This document shows, piece after piece, positions 29,205 to 39,265 of a DNA stretch of 64,000 bases. The stretch covers positions 416,001 through 480,000 of the forward strand of contig OY782391.1 of NCBI GenBank assembly GCA_963677745.1. Direction: 5' to 3'. The DNA is from Candidatus Altimarinota bacterium. Its GTDB lineage: Bacteria > Patescibacteriota > Gracilibacteria > UBA1369. Positions within the stretch are counted from its first letter, which is position 1; every line of letters starts with the position of its first letter. The notes below the pieces were generated by a model, which did no database searches, was not told where the DNA came from, and saw only the letters and a list, made by a program, of their open reading frames with translations. A program made the translations under genes and the position numbers.

Positions 29205-29597
29205 TCAAACCTTATCCTTGGAAAGCATCTGCTTTAATTTCAACAAATAATTTCCCCTGACCTCTTCGGACATCTGATAAAGGGGCAAAGATGCCACTTC
29301 GATCATTTTCCGGAGTCTCCCGGAGATCGGAGCGGCATCATTTTGTGCGTCAGAATATAAAAGCTGATAAAGTGGTTCCAGACTGCAATACAGTTTGATC
29401 AACGACTCCCTGCTTCCGTCCTTGATGAGTTCGCTGATTTTCCAGATTACCTTTTTCTCAAAAGTTAAAAAATCCCTGTTCAGATAAAACAGCCGCAGTT
29501 GAACAATAAACGAAACCACGTCTTCTCCCCCCATGTCTGCAGCAAACAACACCATAGTATCCCAATTATTTATCGGGATCACTATAAAATCCCCCAA
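29205..29597 (-). CDS. Hypothetical helical protein (start may be ATG 29555)
   Basis: Third ORF of the minus-strand cassette; no motif recognised. Confidence 0.55.
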   Translation of the reverse strand: MGDFIVIPINNWDTMVLFAADMGGEDVVSFIVQLRLFYLNRDFLTFEKKVIWKISELIKDGSRESLIKLYCSLEPLYQLLYSDAQNDAAPISGRLRKMIEVASLPLYQMSEEVRGNYLLKLKQMLSKDKV

Positions 29598-29627
29598 GCC
29601 TGGCGGCTACTGACAAAAAAAGACAAA

Positions 29628-30731
29628 TTAATTTTCCAGGCCTTTACCGGTATTGATAATCACCACCTTGGCGTTTTGTGGAATATCAGGTCTTTCTCTT
29701 CCCACAAAAGCCGCGAAAGCCGCAACTGCCGAATACTCCGACCTTATCCCGACATCCTTGAGAAGATTATAAGTTCTTTCCAATTCGTTATTATCCACTT
29801 CAATATAGGTATTTTCCCCGTCCCCGAAAATCTTGCATAAAATTGGCAATACAGCCGTAAACGGAGTGGTTAATTTTTCGGCATGGGAAGCCTCGTGATA
29901 GTCATCCAGCATCAGCTCGTCCTGCTTCTTTTTCAAAGCACTGCGCAACGGATGTTCCTGTTTCGGACCAACAGCGATGATTCTGGTTTTCAGCCCCAAT
30001 TCCTGGATTCCAAGCCATAAACCGATCACAATATCCCCGCTTCCGCAGGGCACTACCACATAATCGGGCGACTGATCGGCAATCTCGTAAAAAAGCTCTT
30101 TATACGCCACCAGACTGATCGGCTCAAAACTATTGGTCACGGCCCAGATGTTTTGCCAGCTCTTTTTACGTTCATATTTATCATATTCACGGACAATTTC
30201 CACGAAATCCCGGGGACGGAGTATTCCATTATAACGGCTGCCGTCAATGGTAATCACATGTCCCCATTCTGACAAAGTAGACTTTCTTTCCTGAGTCACC
30301 CAGGGAAAAACCAGGCTGGTATAATCAATTCCCGCCCGGGCGGCATAACGGCTCAAACTGTACCCGGCATTACCAGCGGTCAAACAAACAATCTTATCCA
30401 CTTTCTGTTCCAGAGCAACATTGATAATAATTTCGCTTCGGCGATCCTTATGCGTCCCGTAAGGCAGGCAACTCTCGTCTTTGATGTAAAGATTGGGCAG
30501 GTTAAACAGCTCGGCCAGCCGCTCAGACCGAATCAGAGGAGAATTTTGCGCTCCGTAAGCCACACTCAAAGAACTAAACGGCATCCGGGAACGAAACTTG
30601 GGCAAAGTATATCCGCCGGTGAATACCAGATTGGAATAATTTGGTGTATTACAATCCTCACAACAACACGAATTGAGCTTGAAGGGATATTCTTTCTGAC
30701 ATTTAACACAAGTCAAAGCTAAATCACTCAT
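29628..30731 (-). CDS. Threonine-synthase-like PLP-dependent enzyme (fold type II)
   Basis: N-terminal CxxC/CxxC, LYIKDE..PYGTHKDR (PLP Lys), TAGNAG, VPCGSG, INTGKG. Confidence 0.88.
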   Translation of the reverse strand: MSDLALTCVKCQKEYPFKLNSCCCEDCNTPNYSNLVFTGGYTLPKFRSRMPFSSLSVAYGAQNSPLIRSERLAELFNLPNLYIKDESCLPYGTHKDRRSEIIINVALEQKVDKIVCLTAGNAGYSLSRYAARAGIDYTSLVFPWVTQERKSTLSEWGHVITIDGSRYNGILRPRDFVEIVREYDKYERKKSWQNIWAVTNSFEPISLVAYKELFYEIADQSPDYVVVPCGSGDIVIGLWLGIQELGLKTRIIAVGPKQEHPLRSALKKKQDELMLDDYHEASHAEKLTTPFTAVLPILCKIFGDGENTYIEVDNNELERTYNLLKDVGIRSEYSAVAAFAAFVGRERPDIPQNAKVVIINTGKGLEN

Positions 30732-30738
30732 AATTAAT

Positions 30739-32589
30739 TTATTGATAGTCTTTAATTACTCCAATTTTCTGATCCTCCTGCAAGGTCAGCTTAAGGACAA
30801 AATCGGTATTGGTACCCCGACAGGTCAAACCCAACTTTTTTTGGGTTCTTTCCCTGATCAATTTCATTAGGGGAAGAACAATCTTCCCCTGCATCTCGTT
30901 TTTATTCTGGGAATAGGAAGACCGCGGAAAGTCCCTGCAGGATACTTCTTCGTTTCTTTGGTTCAACAAAACGGAAAGAAGGGTCAAAGTTGCCTTCTGC
31001 GAATGAAGATCGGCACCGGAAACCACTTTTCCCCCGATCATAATCGAATTATCCAGCTGATTGCACAAAATATCATATTCCTTGGCCAAATCGTCAACTA
31101 GATGCCCGCTGACAAATCTTCTGCTGTCACGTTTTCCGCTGTAGGTGAATAAAAGTACCGACGAAGCATCAATGAAAGCGGAGAATCTTTTGGTATCCAG
31201 ATTCTGTTCTACGCAGACTCCGCTGCGCCCATAGCCGTCCAACCAGCTCAGATAATCCACCGAGAGATTGGGAAAACTTTTCTGCATCTCGCTGAAAGCC
31301 TCCAGGAGATTCACCCTGTTCTGTTGCGAACCTGTCACAAATCCCACCCCTCCTCCCATCTGAATATTATTGGTATTAAATAAACCTACGGGCATAAAAG
31401 CATTTTTCTGAAGCAGACTGGCATTAAGTTTCAGCAAAAATTCACTCATGTAATGAGAAACCTCGTCCATAATTTGCGACACAAAATATCGTTTACCGAC
31501 CGTGCCGATAAATTTTCCCGCCTCATCTTCATGATAACCGTGCAATAATAGACAATGAAGCTGTCTGATCATGGTCAAAGACAACACCCCATACAGATCA
31601 TAGAACTTGTTAACAATGGGTTCATCGGTCAGCACGCAGTTTTCGTAAAAATCCGGAAACATCGGTGCCTTTTCCACATCATCCCCAAAAATATGCCGGA
31701 AATGAGCTTTAAAATCATCATACTGATTGAAATCGGAATAGGTTTTCTGAATCACCCTCTCCGCAATGCAGGGTTTCCCGGAAAACACCACTCCCATATC
31801 AATCGGCCAACAGGGTGCAGAATCCAGATCGGAATACAAATCATTGAGGCGGTATCCCCAAAATGGCACTTTCCCCAGTCCGGTAAAACCGTTTTCCTTC
31901 AAACTGCTGTAATCTCTTGATCTGATGGTCTTGGCGGGAAAGGTGATGATCGGGTAAGAACTGGATACCAAAGAAGCAAAAACGCCCGATCCGGTCGAAT
32001 CCCCGTTCTTGAAGATGTAGTTAATATTCCAGGCTAAATAAAAAACCTCGCTGAACAGTGAATCCTTGTTTTTCAACAACTCCATCGGCGGAAAATTTTC
32101 CCAGTGCGTCACCTCATCTTCAGTCAGACACCCCGACATGACATACAATAATGTAGCCAGCAGAGATGAAAAATTGCCCGGAAAACTATACCCGTGAGCC
32201 ATCGGTAACTCAGTCAGACAATGGATCTTGCCCCCTCTGACCTGACCGTTGGTCATCTTGTGTAATTTCCGGTTAACATAATCCCCGACTTCCGAAATCG
32301 GGAAGATCGCCCGTTTCAATGAACTGACTTCAAACCTCCCGTGGGCTGGTTGATATTGATACATATCACCAAACTCCAGAATCTGGCTACCGGTCGGTTC
32401 AATACCGATATAAGTTTTAAAAGGTATTTTTTGGGCTATGGAAATTCCCCGGTATCGTTTAACAAAGTCCTCAATCCAGTTAAAAGAAAGACTGGTGGAA
32501 AGAACAATGCTGCACTTTCCAAAAAACTCCTGATAATTTTCAGAAAAAGTCTGCTGCAACACGGCTGAATTTAGGGAAGTCCTTTCCAT
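30739..32589 (-). CDS. Degenerate GHMP-kinase-fold protein with a putative C-terminal winged-helix domain
   Basis: TELPMAHGYSFPG (motif-2-like), STGSG, MGGGVGF (motif-3-like); last ~110 aa patterned like an OmpR-type wHTH. Confidence 0.6.
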   Translation of the reverse strand: MERTSLNSAVLQQTFSENYQEFFGKCSIVLSTSLSFNWIEDFVKRYRGISIAQKIPFKTYIGIEPTGSQILEFGDMYQYQPAHGRFEVSSLKRAIFPISEVGDYVNRKLHKMTNGQVRGGKIHCLTELPMAHGYSFPGNFSSLLATLLYVMSGCLTEDEVTHWENFPPMELLKNKDSLFSEVFYLAWNINYIFKNGDSTGSGVFASLVSSSYPIITFPAKTIRSRDYSSLKENGFTGLGKVPFWGYRLNDLYSDLDSAPCWPIDMGVVFSGKPCIAERVIQKTYSDFNQYDDFKAHFRHIFGDDVEKAPMFPDFYENCVLTDEPIVNKFYDLYGVLSLTMIRQLHCLLLHGYHEDEAGKFIGTVGKRYFVSQIMDEVSHYMSEFLLKLNASLLQKNAFMPVGLFNTNNIQMGGGVGFVTGSQQNRVNLLEAFSEMQKSFPNLSVDYLSWLDGYGRSGVCVEQNLDTKRFSAFIDASSVLLFTYSGKRDSRRFVSGHLVDDLAKEYDILCNQLDNSIMIGGKVVSGADLHSQKATLTLLSVLLNQRNEEVSCRDFPRSSYSQNKNEMQGKIVLPLMKLIRERTQKKLGLTCRGTNTDFVLKLTLQEDQKIGVIKDYQ

Positions 32590-32677
32590 AATTCCGTGCA
32601 GTGAACGCTAATAATCTAATACCTATTTCTACAGGCTAAATGGTAATTATGCAATAGAATTCGTTTCCCGCATCATA

Positions 32678-32718
32678 TTGCCAGCGCTTTTTTAGCACTG
32701 TATAATCGCAGTTGCTAA
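32678..32718 (+). promoter_or_regulatory. hrcA promoter with overlapping CIRCE operator
   Basis: TTGCCA-N17-TATAAT; CIRCE-like TTAGCACTG-N9-AGTTGCTAA at 32692-32718. Confidence 0.85.
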
Positions 32719-32736
32719 TTTAATTATCGATCCCCC

Positions 32737-33450
32737 ATGAAACTCGACCGCCGTCTGGAAGTACTTAAAGCAATCGTGCAGCATTTTGTGGAAACCGCCG
32801 AACCGGTAGGATCCAATACCATTCTGGTTTCCTACAAGTTTCAGGTCAGCCCCGCCACCATCAGAAATGATATGGCCTCACTGGAAAAAGAAGGACTGAT
32901 TTACCAGCCACACACCTCCTCCGGCCGCGTACCCACCGATCTGGGGTACCGCTTGTTTGTGGAAGAATTAAACGAGAACCAGGACGAAGTAAACAAGGAA
33001 GCCAAACTGGCCATCGCCCTCGGCCAGAAAGAATTACAGATGCATAAGGTGAAACAAAAAATCCACGATCTGGTTTCACTGCTCGCCCATGTCACTAACG
33101 TTGCCAGCTTTGCCACTGTTCCGGATAATCCGCGCACTTTTTACATCGGCCTTTCCAATATCATCCGCCAGCCGGAATTCGTCGCCGACATGAGCCGGGC
33201 CAGCCAGGTAATTGAGGTGTTTGAGCAGGGCGACCGTTTTGTAAATATTCTCAAAGGTCTGGATATCGACGAAAATATCAAATTTTTCATCGGCAAAGAG
33301 AACCTCATCCCCGAAATTCAAAGCTGCACTTTGATGGTGACTACTATTCAATATATGGGACATACCAGTATCATCGGGCTGCTGGCCCCTACCCGCACCA
33401 ATTACGCCTTCAACCGGGCCGTACTGGAACAAATTAAATCACTAATATAA
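32737..33450 (+). CDS. hrcA: Heat-inducible transcription repressor HrcA (short form)
   Basis: [41 protein letters not shown]. Confidence 0.94.
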   Translation: MKLDRRLEVLKAIVQHFVETAEPVGSNTILVSYKFQVSPATIRNDMASLEKEGLIYQPHTSSGRVPTDLGYRLFVEELNENQDEVNKEAKLAIALGQKELQMHKVKQKIHDLVSLLAHVTNVASFATVPDNPRTFYIGLSNIIRQPEFVADMSRASQVIEVFEQGDRFVNILKGLDIDENIKFFIGKENLIPEIQSCTLMVTTIQYMGHTSIIGLLAPTRTNYAFNRAVLEQIKSLI

Positions 33451-33462
33451 ATTTTTCTAATC

Positions 33463-34068
33463 ATGACTGACGAAAACACTGCCTCCACCGCAGGAGACGA
33501 TAACAATGTCGCGACCACCGCTAATCCCGCCACAGCAGGCAACGGCGACCAGGACTTCTCCGCCCTGCAAAACGAACTGGAAGACACCAAAAACAAACTG
33601 GACGACCTGACCCGGATCAGTCAGCACGCGCTGGCCGATCTGCAAAATTTTAAAAAACGCAGCGAGGAAGAAAAGGCCAAATTCATCGTTTTTGCCAACT
33701 CCCTGTTAATTACAGAACTCCTGCCGGTTCTGGACAATATCGACCGGGCCATCGTCCACCTGCCGGAAGACCCTGCCGCCAAGGAATGGGCTAATGGCAT
33801 CATCGCCATTCTCAAACAACTGGAAGAAACTCTCAAGAAACAGGGTCTGGAAAAAATTGTCACAGAAAACCTGCCCTTCGACCCCAATTTTCATGAAGCC
33901 GTGATGACCCGGCCCGGAGAAAAAGACCTGATCCTCCAGGAAATGGAAAAAGGCTACAAAATCCAGGACCGCGTTTTACGCCGATCCAAAGTTATCGTAG
34001 GTAACGGTGAATCCCCTGCCGCCCCCAACCTCACCACCCAGTCCGCCGCAGCCGGCAGCCCCAAATAA
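33463..34068 (+). CDS. grpE: Nucleotide exchange factor GrpE
   Basis: ADLQNFKKR, LLPVLDN, FDPNFHEAV, KGY..DRVLR. Confidence 0.96.
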   Translation: MTDENTASTAGDDNNVATTANPATAGNGDQDFSALQNELEDTKNKLDDLTRISQHALADLQNFKKRSEEEKAKFIVFANSLLITELLPVLDNIDRAIVHLPEDPAAKEWANGIIAILKQLEETLKKQGLEKIVTENLPFDPNFHEAVMTRPGEKDLILQEMEKGYKIQDRVLRRSKVIVGNGESPAAPNLTTQSAAAGSPK

Positions 34069-34071
34069 TAA

Positions 34072-34112
34072 TTGACAATTAAAAACTGGCACTCTATAAT
34101 TAAGAGTGCTAA
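34072..34112 (+). promoter_or_regulatory. dnaK promoter with overlapping CIRCE operator
   Basis: Consensus TTGACA-N17-TATAAT; CIRCE CTGGCACTC-N9-GAGTGCTAA at 34086-34112. Confidence 0.92.
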
Positions 34113-34161
34113 TAACAGATATACGAAGCCAACAAAGTAAAAAATTAATTTAATAAATTTT

Positions 34162-36126
34162 ATGTCTAAAATCATTGGAATCGATCTTGGAACAACCAAC
34201 TCCTGCGTAGCTGTAATGGAAGGCGCCGATGCCGTCGTTATCTCCAGCGTGGAAGGCGACCGCACCACTCCCTCCGTTGTTGCCATTAAAAACGGGGAAA
34301 GACTGGTAGGCACCATCGCCAAAGCACAGTCGATCACCAATCCGAAAAACACCATTTATTCGTCCAAAAGATTTATCGGACGACAGTTCAGCGAGGTCGG
34401 AGACGAAACCAAAAGAGTCTCCTTTGAAGTAATCAAAGGCAAAGGAGGTGAAGCCGAAATAATGCTTGACGGCAAACCGCGCGTCCCAGCAGAAATTGCC
34501 GCCATGGTTCTGCAAAAACTCAAAGCCGACGCCGAAGCCTACCTGGGAGAACCCGTCACCGAAGCCGTAATCACCGTCCCGGCTTATTTCAACGATTCTC
34601 AGAGACAGGCCACCAAAGATGCCGGTAAAATTGCCGGACTGGACGTAAAAAGAATCATTAATGAACCAACGGCCGCCGCCCTGGCCTACGGTATGGACAA
34701 GAAAGGGCAGAATAAAAAAATTGCCGTGTTCGATCTGGGCGGCGGCACCTTCGACATTTCCATTCTGGAACTGGGTGACGGAGTATTTGAAGTATTGTCG
34801 ACCAACGGGGACACCCACCTGGGCGGCGACGATTTCGACGCCAAAATTATGGACTGGATCATTGCCGAATATAAAAAGGAAAAAGGCGGAGATTTGTCCA
34901 AAGACCCGATCGCCCTGCAGAGAATCAAGAACGCCGCCGAAAAAGCCAAATGTGCCCTCTCCACCCAGCACGAAGTAGAAATCAGTGAACCTTTCATCAC
35001 TATGGACGCTTCCGGCACACCCCAGCATCTGAATTTAAAATTAACCAGAGCCAAACTGGAAGATCTGGTGGCCGATCTGGTGGAACGTTGTGCGGGACCC
35101 TGCAAAAAAGCCATGGACGACGCCAAAGTATATGCTTCCGATCTGGATGAGATAGTTCTGGTTGGCGGAGCCACCAGAGCCCCGGCAGTACAGGCCAAAG
35201 TAAAAGAATTGTTCGGTAAAGATCCTCACCGCGGAGTAAATCCGGATGAAGTAGTGGCGCTGGGAGCCGCCATCCAGGGCGGAGTACTGCAGGGCGACGT
35301 CAAGAACGTAATTTTGCTGGACGTCACTCCCCTTTCCCTGGGTATTGAGACACTGGGCGGAGTCAGCACTAAACTGATTGATCGCAACACCACCATCCCA
35401 ACCAGCAAATCACAGGTTTTTTCAACCGCCTCCGACAGCCAGCCGGCTGTGGAAATTCACGTATTGCAGGGCGAACGCCATCTGGCCGCCGATAATAAAT
35501 CTCTGGGTAAATTTGTTCTGGACGGAATTCCACCGGCTCCGCGCGGGGTGCCTCAGGTTGAAGTAACCTTCGACATCGACGCCAACGGTATTTTGAACGT
35601 CAAAGCCACCGATAAAGCCACCAGCAAGGTTCAGCACATTACCATCACCGGTTCCTCCAACATTTCCAATGAGGAAATTGAAAGGATGAAGAAAGAGGCC
35701 GAACTACACGCCGAGGAAGACAAGAAGAAAAAAGACTACATCGAAGCCAGAAATCATGCCGAAGGTCTGATCCTTCAGTCTGAAAAAACCATTAAGGAAG
35801 CCGGTGACAAAGTTCCCGAAGACCAGAAAAAACCGGTACAGGAAAAAGTTGATGCCCTCAAAAAAATTCTGGAAAACCACGAAGCCAAAATCGAGGAAAT
35901 CACCAAAGGTACCGAAGATCTTTCCGAAACCATTCAGAAACTGGGAGCTGCCCTCTATCAGCAGGCCCCCGGCACAGGAGCTCCGGGCTCTACTCCGGAC
36001 GATGGTGTCCGCGTAAAAGAAGATCAGCACACCGATGGTACAGCTGAAGGTGCTTCCAACTCCTCTTCCGACAACGTCACCGAAGGAGAAATTGTGGAAG
36101 AAAAGAAAGACGAGGACAAAAAATAA
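34162..36126 (+). CDS. dnaK: Chaperone DnaK
   Basis: [34 protein letters not shown]. Confidence 0.99.
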   Translation: MSKIIGIDLGTTNSCVAVMEGADAVVISSVEGDRTTPSVVAIKNGERLVGTIAKAQSITNPKNTIYSSKRFIGRQFSEVGDETKRVSFEVIKGKGGEAEIMLDGKPRVPAEIAAMVLQKLKADAEAYLGEPVTEAVITVPAYFNDSQRQATKDAGKIAGLDVKRIINEPTAAALAYGMDKKGQNKKIAVFDLGGGTFDISILELGDGVFEVLSTNGDTHLGGDDFDAKIMDWIIAEYKKEKGGDLSKDPIALQRIKNAAEKAKCALSTQHEVEISEPFITMDASGTPQHLNLKLTRAKLEDLVADLVERCAGPCKKAMDDAKVYASDLDEIVLVGGATRAPAVQAKVKELFGKDPHRGVNPDEVVALGAAIQGGVLQGDVKNVILLDVTPLSLGIETLGGVSTKLIDRNTTIPTSKSQVFSTASDSQPAVEIHVLQGERHLAADNKSLGKFVLDGIPPAPRGVPQVEVTFDIDANGILNVKATDKATSKVQHITITGSSNISNEEIERMKKEAELHAEEDKKKKDYIEARNHAEGLILQSEKTIKEAGDKVPEDQKKPVQEKVDALKKILENHEAKIEEITKGTEDLSETIQKLGAALYQQAPGTGAPGSTPDDGVRVKEDQHTDGTAEGASNSSSDNVTEGEIVEEKKDEDKK

Positions 36127-36136
36127 CCCTTTCCCC

Positions 36137-36367
36137 ATGTCTGAAGAGACGCCCAATCCCAAATATAAAATTGGGGACATTGTTGTCGTAAACCGTAAAT
36201 CCGGAACAGAACACAAAGCAGCCCAAGCTAAAATAGTCAAAGCCCTGTACAACCAGCAGGGAAATGAACAGTGGTATTATTATGTGGAAATATTCAGTCT
36301 GAGAACCGGACGACCCGAAGTCGACTCCCAGGCTTATTCAGAAACGGAAATAATTTCCAGAGCCTGA
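36137..36367 (+). CDS. Small hypothetical protein, SH3-like barrel
   Basis: From ATG 36137: MSEETPNPKYKIGDIVVV...WYYYV...YSETEI, an SH3-like beta pattern. Confidence 0.6.
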   Translation: MSEETPNPKYKIGDIVVVNRKSGTEHKAAQAKIVKALYNQQGNEQWYYYVEIFSLRTGRPEVDSQAYSETEIISRA

Positions 36368-36453
36368 ATTAAAACCTCAATTATTCAAAAATAATAGCAT
36401 CATTGCCCTGTTTTGTGTTATAAATTTCACGCACTAGAAGTTATACAAAATTT

Positions 36454-37731
36454 ATGCTCGACCTCAAAGCTCTCCGCGAAGACACAGCCGCCTGCAAACA
36501 AGCCCTTGCTAAAAAAAGAGTATCCCCCGAAAGCGTCGACAGAATGCTCACACTGGATGAGGAAAAAAGACAAATTCAAACCCAGCTGGAAAATTTGCAG
36601 GCCGAACACAACCGCCGGGCCGAAGCCATCTCCACCGCCACTCCCGCCGACCGCCCTAAAATGGTCGAGGAAAGCAAAGCCCTCAAAGACAAATTCAAAT
36701 TTCTGGAACCCACTTTGCTCAAGCTGGGAAACGAACTGAATGAACTGCTTTTCACTACCCCCAATCTGGCCCACGATTCGGTACCGGAAGGAAACAACGA
36801 AGATGATAACGTGGAAATCAGCCGCTGGGGCACTCCTCCGGACATCAAAAATCCCCAGGACCATGTAGCCCTGGCCACCAGACTGGACATTCTGGATCTG
36901 GACCGCGCCGCCAAAATTGCCGGTGCCAGATTTTCCGTCCTAAAAGGCTATGGTGCCAAACTGGAAAGAGCTTTGGGGGCCTTCATGCTGGACACTCAGA
37001 CCAAAGCCGGTTACCAGGAGGTTATCCCACCTTATCTCGTCAACCCCGAATCAATGTTCGGAACGGGACAGCTGCCCAAATTCGAGGAAGATCTTTTTAA
37101 AGTGCCTTTTGGCGACGACAAACTTTACCTCATCCCCACGGCCGAGGTGCCGGTTACCAATCTCTATCGCGATGAAATCCTGGATGAAACCATTCTCCCC
37201 CTGCGCCATTGTGCCCTAACTCCCTGTTTCCGCAGCGAAGCGGGCAGTGCCGGCAAAGATACCAAAGGTATTATCCGCCAGCATCAATTCCACAAAGTGG
37301 AACTGGTCAGTTTCTGCAAACCCGATCAGGCCGAACAGGAACTGGAAAGATTGACCGGCCATGCCGAGGCAGTTTTACAGGCTCTGGAACTCCCCTACCG
37401 CAAAATCGTTCTTTGTGGCGGAGATATGGGCTTCAGCGCACACAAAACTTATGATCTGGAAGTCTGGATTCCCTCCCAAAATACATACCGGGAAATCAGC
37501 TCCTGCTCATGGTTCAGCAATTTCCAGGCCCGCAGAGCCTCCATCCGCTATAAAGGTGAATCAACCGGCGGAAAAACCCAGCTGGTCCACACCCTCAACG
37601 GCTCGGGATTGGCTGTGGGACGCACTTGGGTGGCAGTTATCGAGAATTATCAACAGCCGGACGGCAGCATCACAATACCGAAAGTACTCCAGCCCTACCT
37701 GCACGGACTGGAAAAAATCACTTCCCTCTAA
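36454..37731 (+). CDS. serS: Serine--tRNA ligase
   Basis: [47 protein letters not shown]. Confidence 0.98.
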   Translation: MLDLKALREDTAACKQALAKKRVSPESVDRMLTLDEEKRQIQTQLENLQAEHNRRAEAISTATPADRPKMVEESKALKDKFKFLEPTLLKLGNELNELLFTTPNLAHDSVPEGNNEDDNVEISRWGTPPDIKNPQDHVALATRLDILDLDRAAKIAGARFSVLKGYGAKLERALGAFMLDTQTKAGYQEVIPPYLVNPESMFGTGQLPKFEEDLFKVPFGDDKLYLIPTAEVPVTNLYRDEILDETILPLRHCALTPCFRSEAGSAGKDTKGIIRQHQFHKVELVSFCKPDQAEQELERLTGHAEAVLQALELPYRKIVLCGGDMGFSAHKTYDLEVWIPSQNTYREISSCSWFSNFQARRASIRYKGESTGGKTQLVHTLNGSGLAVGRTWVAVIENYQQPDGSITIPKVLQPYLHGLEKITSL

Positions 37732-37784
37732 ACTTTCCTCAGAAAAAATGCTAAAATATAATTAGACAATCAACAAAAACAAAC

Positions 37785-38558
37785 ATGCTTGCAATTTGTT
37801 CAGACAGTCTCAAGGGGTACGGCCTAAACCGCATTTTCAAGTTGGTCAAGGAAGCCGGTTTTGACGGCCTGGATCTGAATATCGATCCAAAAAACTTCGA
37901 CACCCAGAACGCCGAATACGTAAAAACACTGGTCGATCAGTATCAGTTACCGGTTCTGGCACTTTCCACCCCTATCACCAGTTCCGCCAAAAAAATCCAG
38001 GGAGCAGTGGATATGGCCAAAACACTCGGTACCAAAGTAATTGTCATCCAGCCCCCCAAGATTTTTGATTTTCAATATTCGACCTGGCTCAAAAACGAAA
38101 TCCCCAAGATCAGACAACGTGAAAACATCTCCATTGCGCTGGAAAACGCCCCCTCGGAAACTTTCCTGGGAATTATTCCGGAGCATTCCATGAACAATGT
38201 GATCGACCTGAAAAAATTCAAACATGTCTGTGTCGACACCACCCGCGTGGCCACCAGAAAAGAAGACCTGATCCGCATTTATAAAGCCCTCAAGCCTTAC
38301 CTGGTCCATGTCCACCTCAGCAACCTCAAAAGCGGTACTCCTTACAGCCTGCCGGATACCGGTATTCTGCCCATCGAGAGTTTTCTGACCAAACTGAAAC
38401 AGGACGGTTTCCCGGGTACCATTTCCATGAAAATCAATCCGAAATTTTTGGATCTGGAGGACCTCAACAAACTCAAAAAACATCTGGATGATCTGCTGAA
38501 GTTCTACACCACCTACTTCACCAATATCAAAACCCTAAAATCAACCGAGTCAGCGTGA
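37785..38558 (+). CDS. Xylose-isomerase-like (AP endonuclease 2) TIM-barrel protein with degenerate metal ligands
   Basis: AGFDGLDL, IALEN, VDTTR, HVHLSN, PDTGILP, GFPGTISMK. Confidence 0.78.
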   Translation: MLAICSDSLKGYGLNRIFKLVKEAGFDGLDLNIDPKNFDTQNAEYVKTLVDQYQLPVLALSTPITSSAKKIQGAVDMAKTLGTKVIVIQPPKIFDFQYSTWLKNEIPKIRQRENISIALENAPSETFLGIIPEHSMNNVIDLKKFKHVCVDTTRVATRKEDLIRIYKALKPYLVHVHLSNLKSGTPYSLPDTGILPIESFLTKLKQDGFPGTISMKINPKFLDLEDLNKLKKHLDDLLKFYTTYFTNIKTLKSTESA

Positions 38559-39265
38559 AAAACCTGATCGAACTTTCCGGCGTCGGTAAAATTTATCACC
38601 TGGGACGGGAAAAAATCCCCGCTTTGAAGGACATTGACCTGTCCATCCGGAAAGGCGAATTTTTAAGTATTATCGGGCCATCCGGTTCCGGCAAATCCAC
38701 CCTGTTGCATCTGATCGGTCTGATGGACAAACCCGACCACGGCAATATTATTTTTGAGGAAAACGATACAAAAAAACTGAACGAATCGGAGCTGGCCAGG
38801 TTCCGCTCGGAAAAAATCGGTTTTGTCTTTCAGGATTTCAATCTGATGGAAGACCTGACCCTGGAAGATAACATCGCCTTGCCCTTACTGATCCAATCGG
38901 GCAAAAACAGTCTCTCTGACATCGAAAACAAAAGACTGAAGTTTTTTCTGCAAAAAATGGATCTGGAAAACCGCAAAAAACACAAACCGCGACAGGTTTC
39001 CGGCGGACAGAAACAGCGCGCGGCCATAGCCCGCGCGCTGATCACGTCCCCTTCCCTGCTCCTGGCCGACGAACCGACCGGCAATCTGGACCCGCACACC
39101 GGCCATCAGATCATCGAATTGCTGCAGGCGCTGTGCCGTGACAACCAGACCACCATGATCATAGTCACCCATGACCAGCAGGTCGCCGATCGGGCCGACC
39201 GGCTGATCCAGCTGAGCGAAGGCCGCATCAGTTCACATTTATCCGCCAAAAAATATCTCGGTTAA
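38555..39265 (+). CDS. ABC transporter ATP-binding protein (LolD/MacB-like)
   Basis: [31 protein letters not shown]. Confidence 0.95.
   Translation: MKNLIELSGVGKIYHLGREKIPALKDIDLSIRKGEFLSIIGPSGSGKSTLLHLIGLMDKPDHGNIIFEENDTKKLNESELARFRSEKIGFVFQDFNLMEDLTLEDNIALPLLIQSGKNSLSDIENKRLKFFLQKMDLENRKKHKPRQVSGGQKQRAAIARALITSPSLLLADEPTGNLDPHTGHQIIELLQALCRDNQTTMIIVTHDQQVADRADRLIQLSEGRISSHLSAKKYLG

Noticed and set aside
36035-36136. Upstream part of the 110-aa ORF
   Set aside because: It overlaps the dnaK 3' end; ATG 36137 is the more plausible start.
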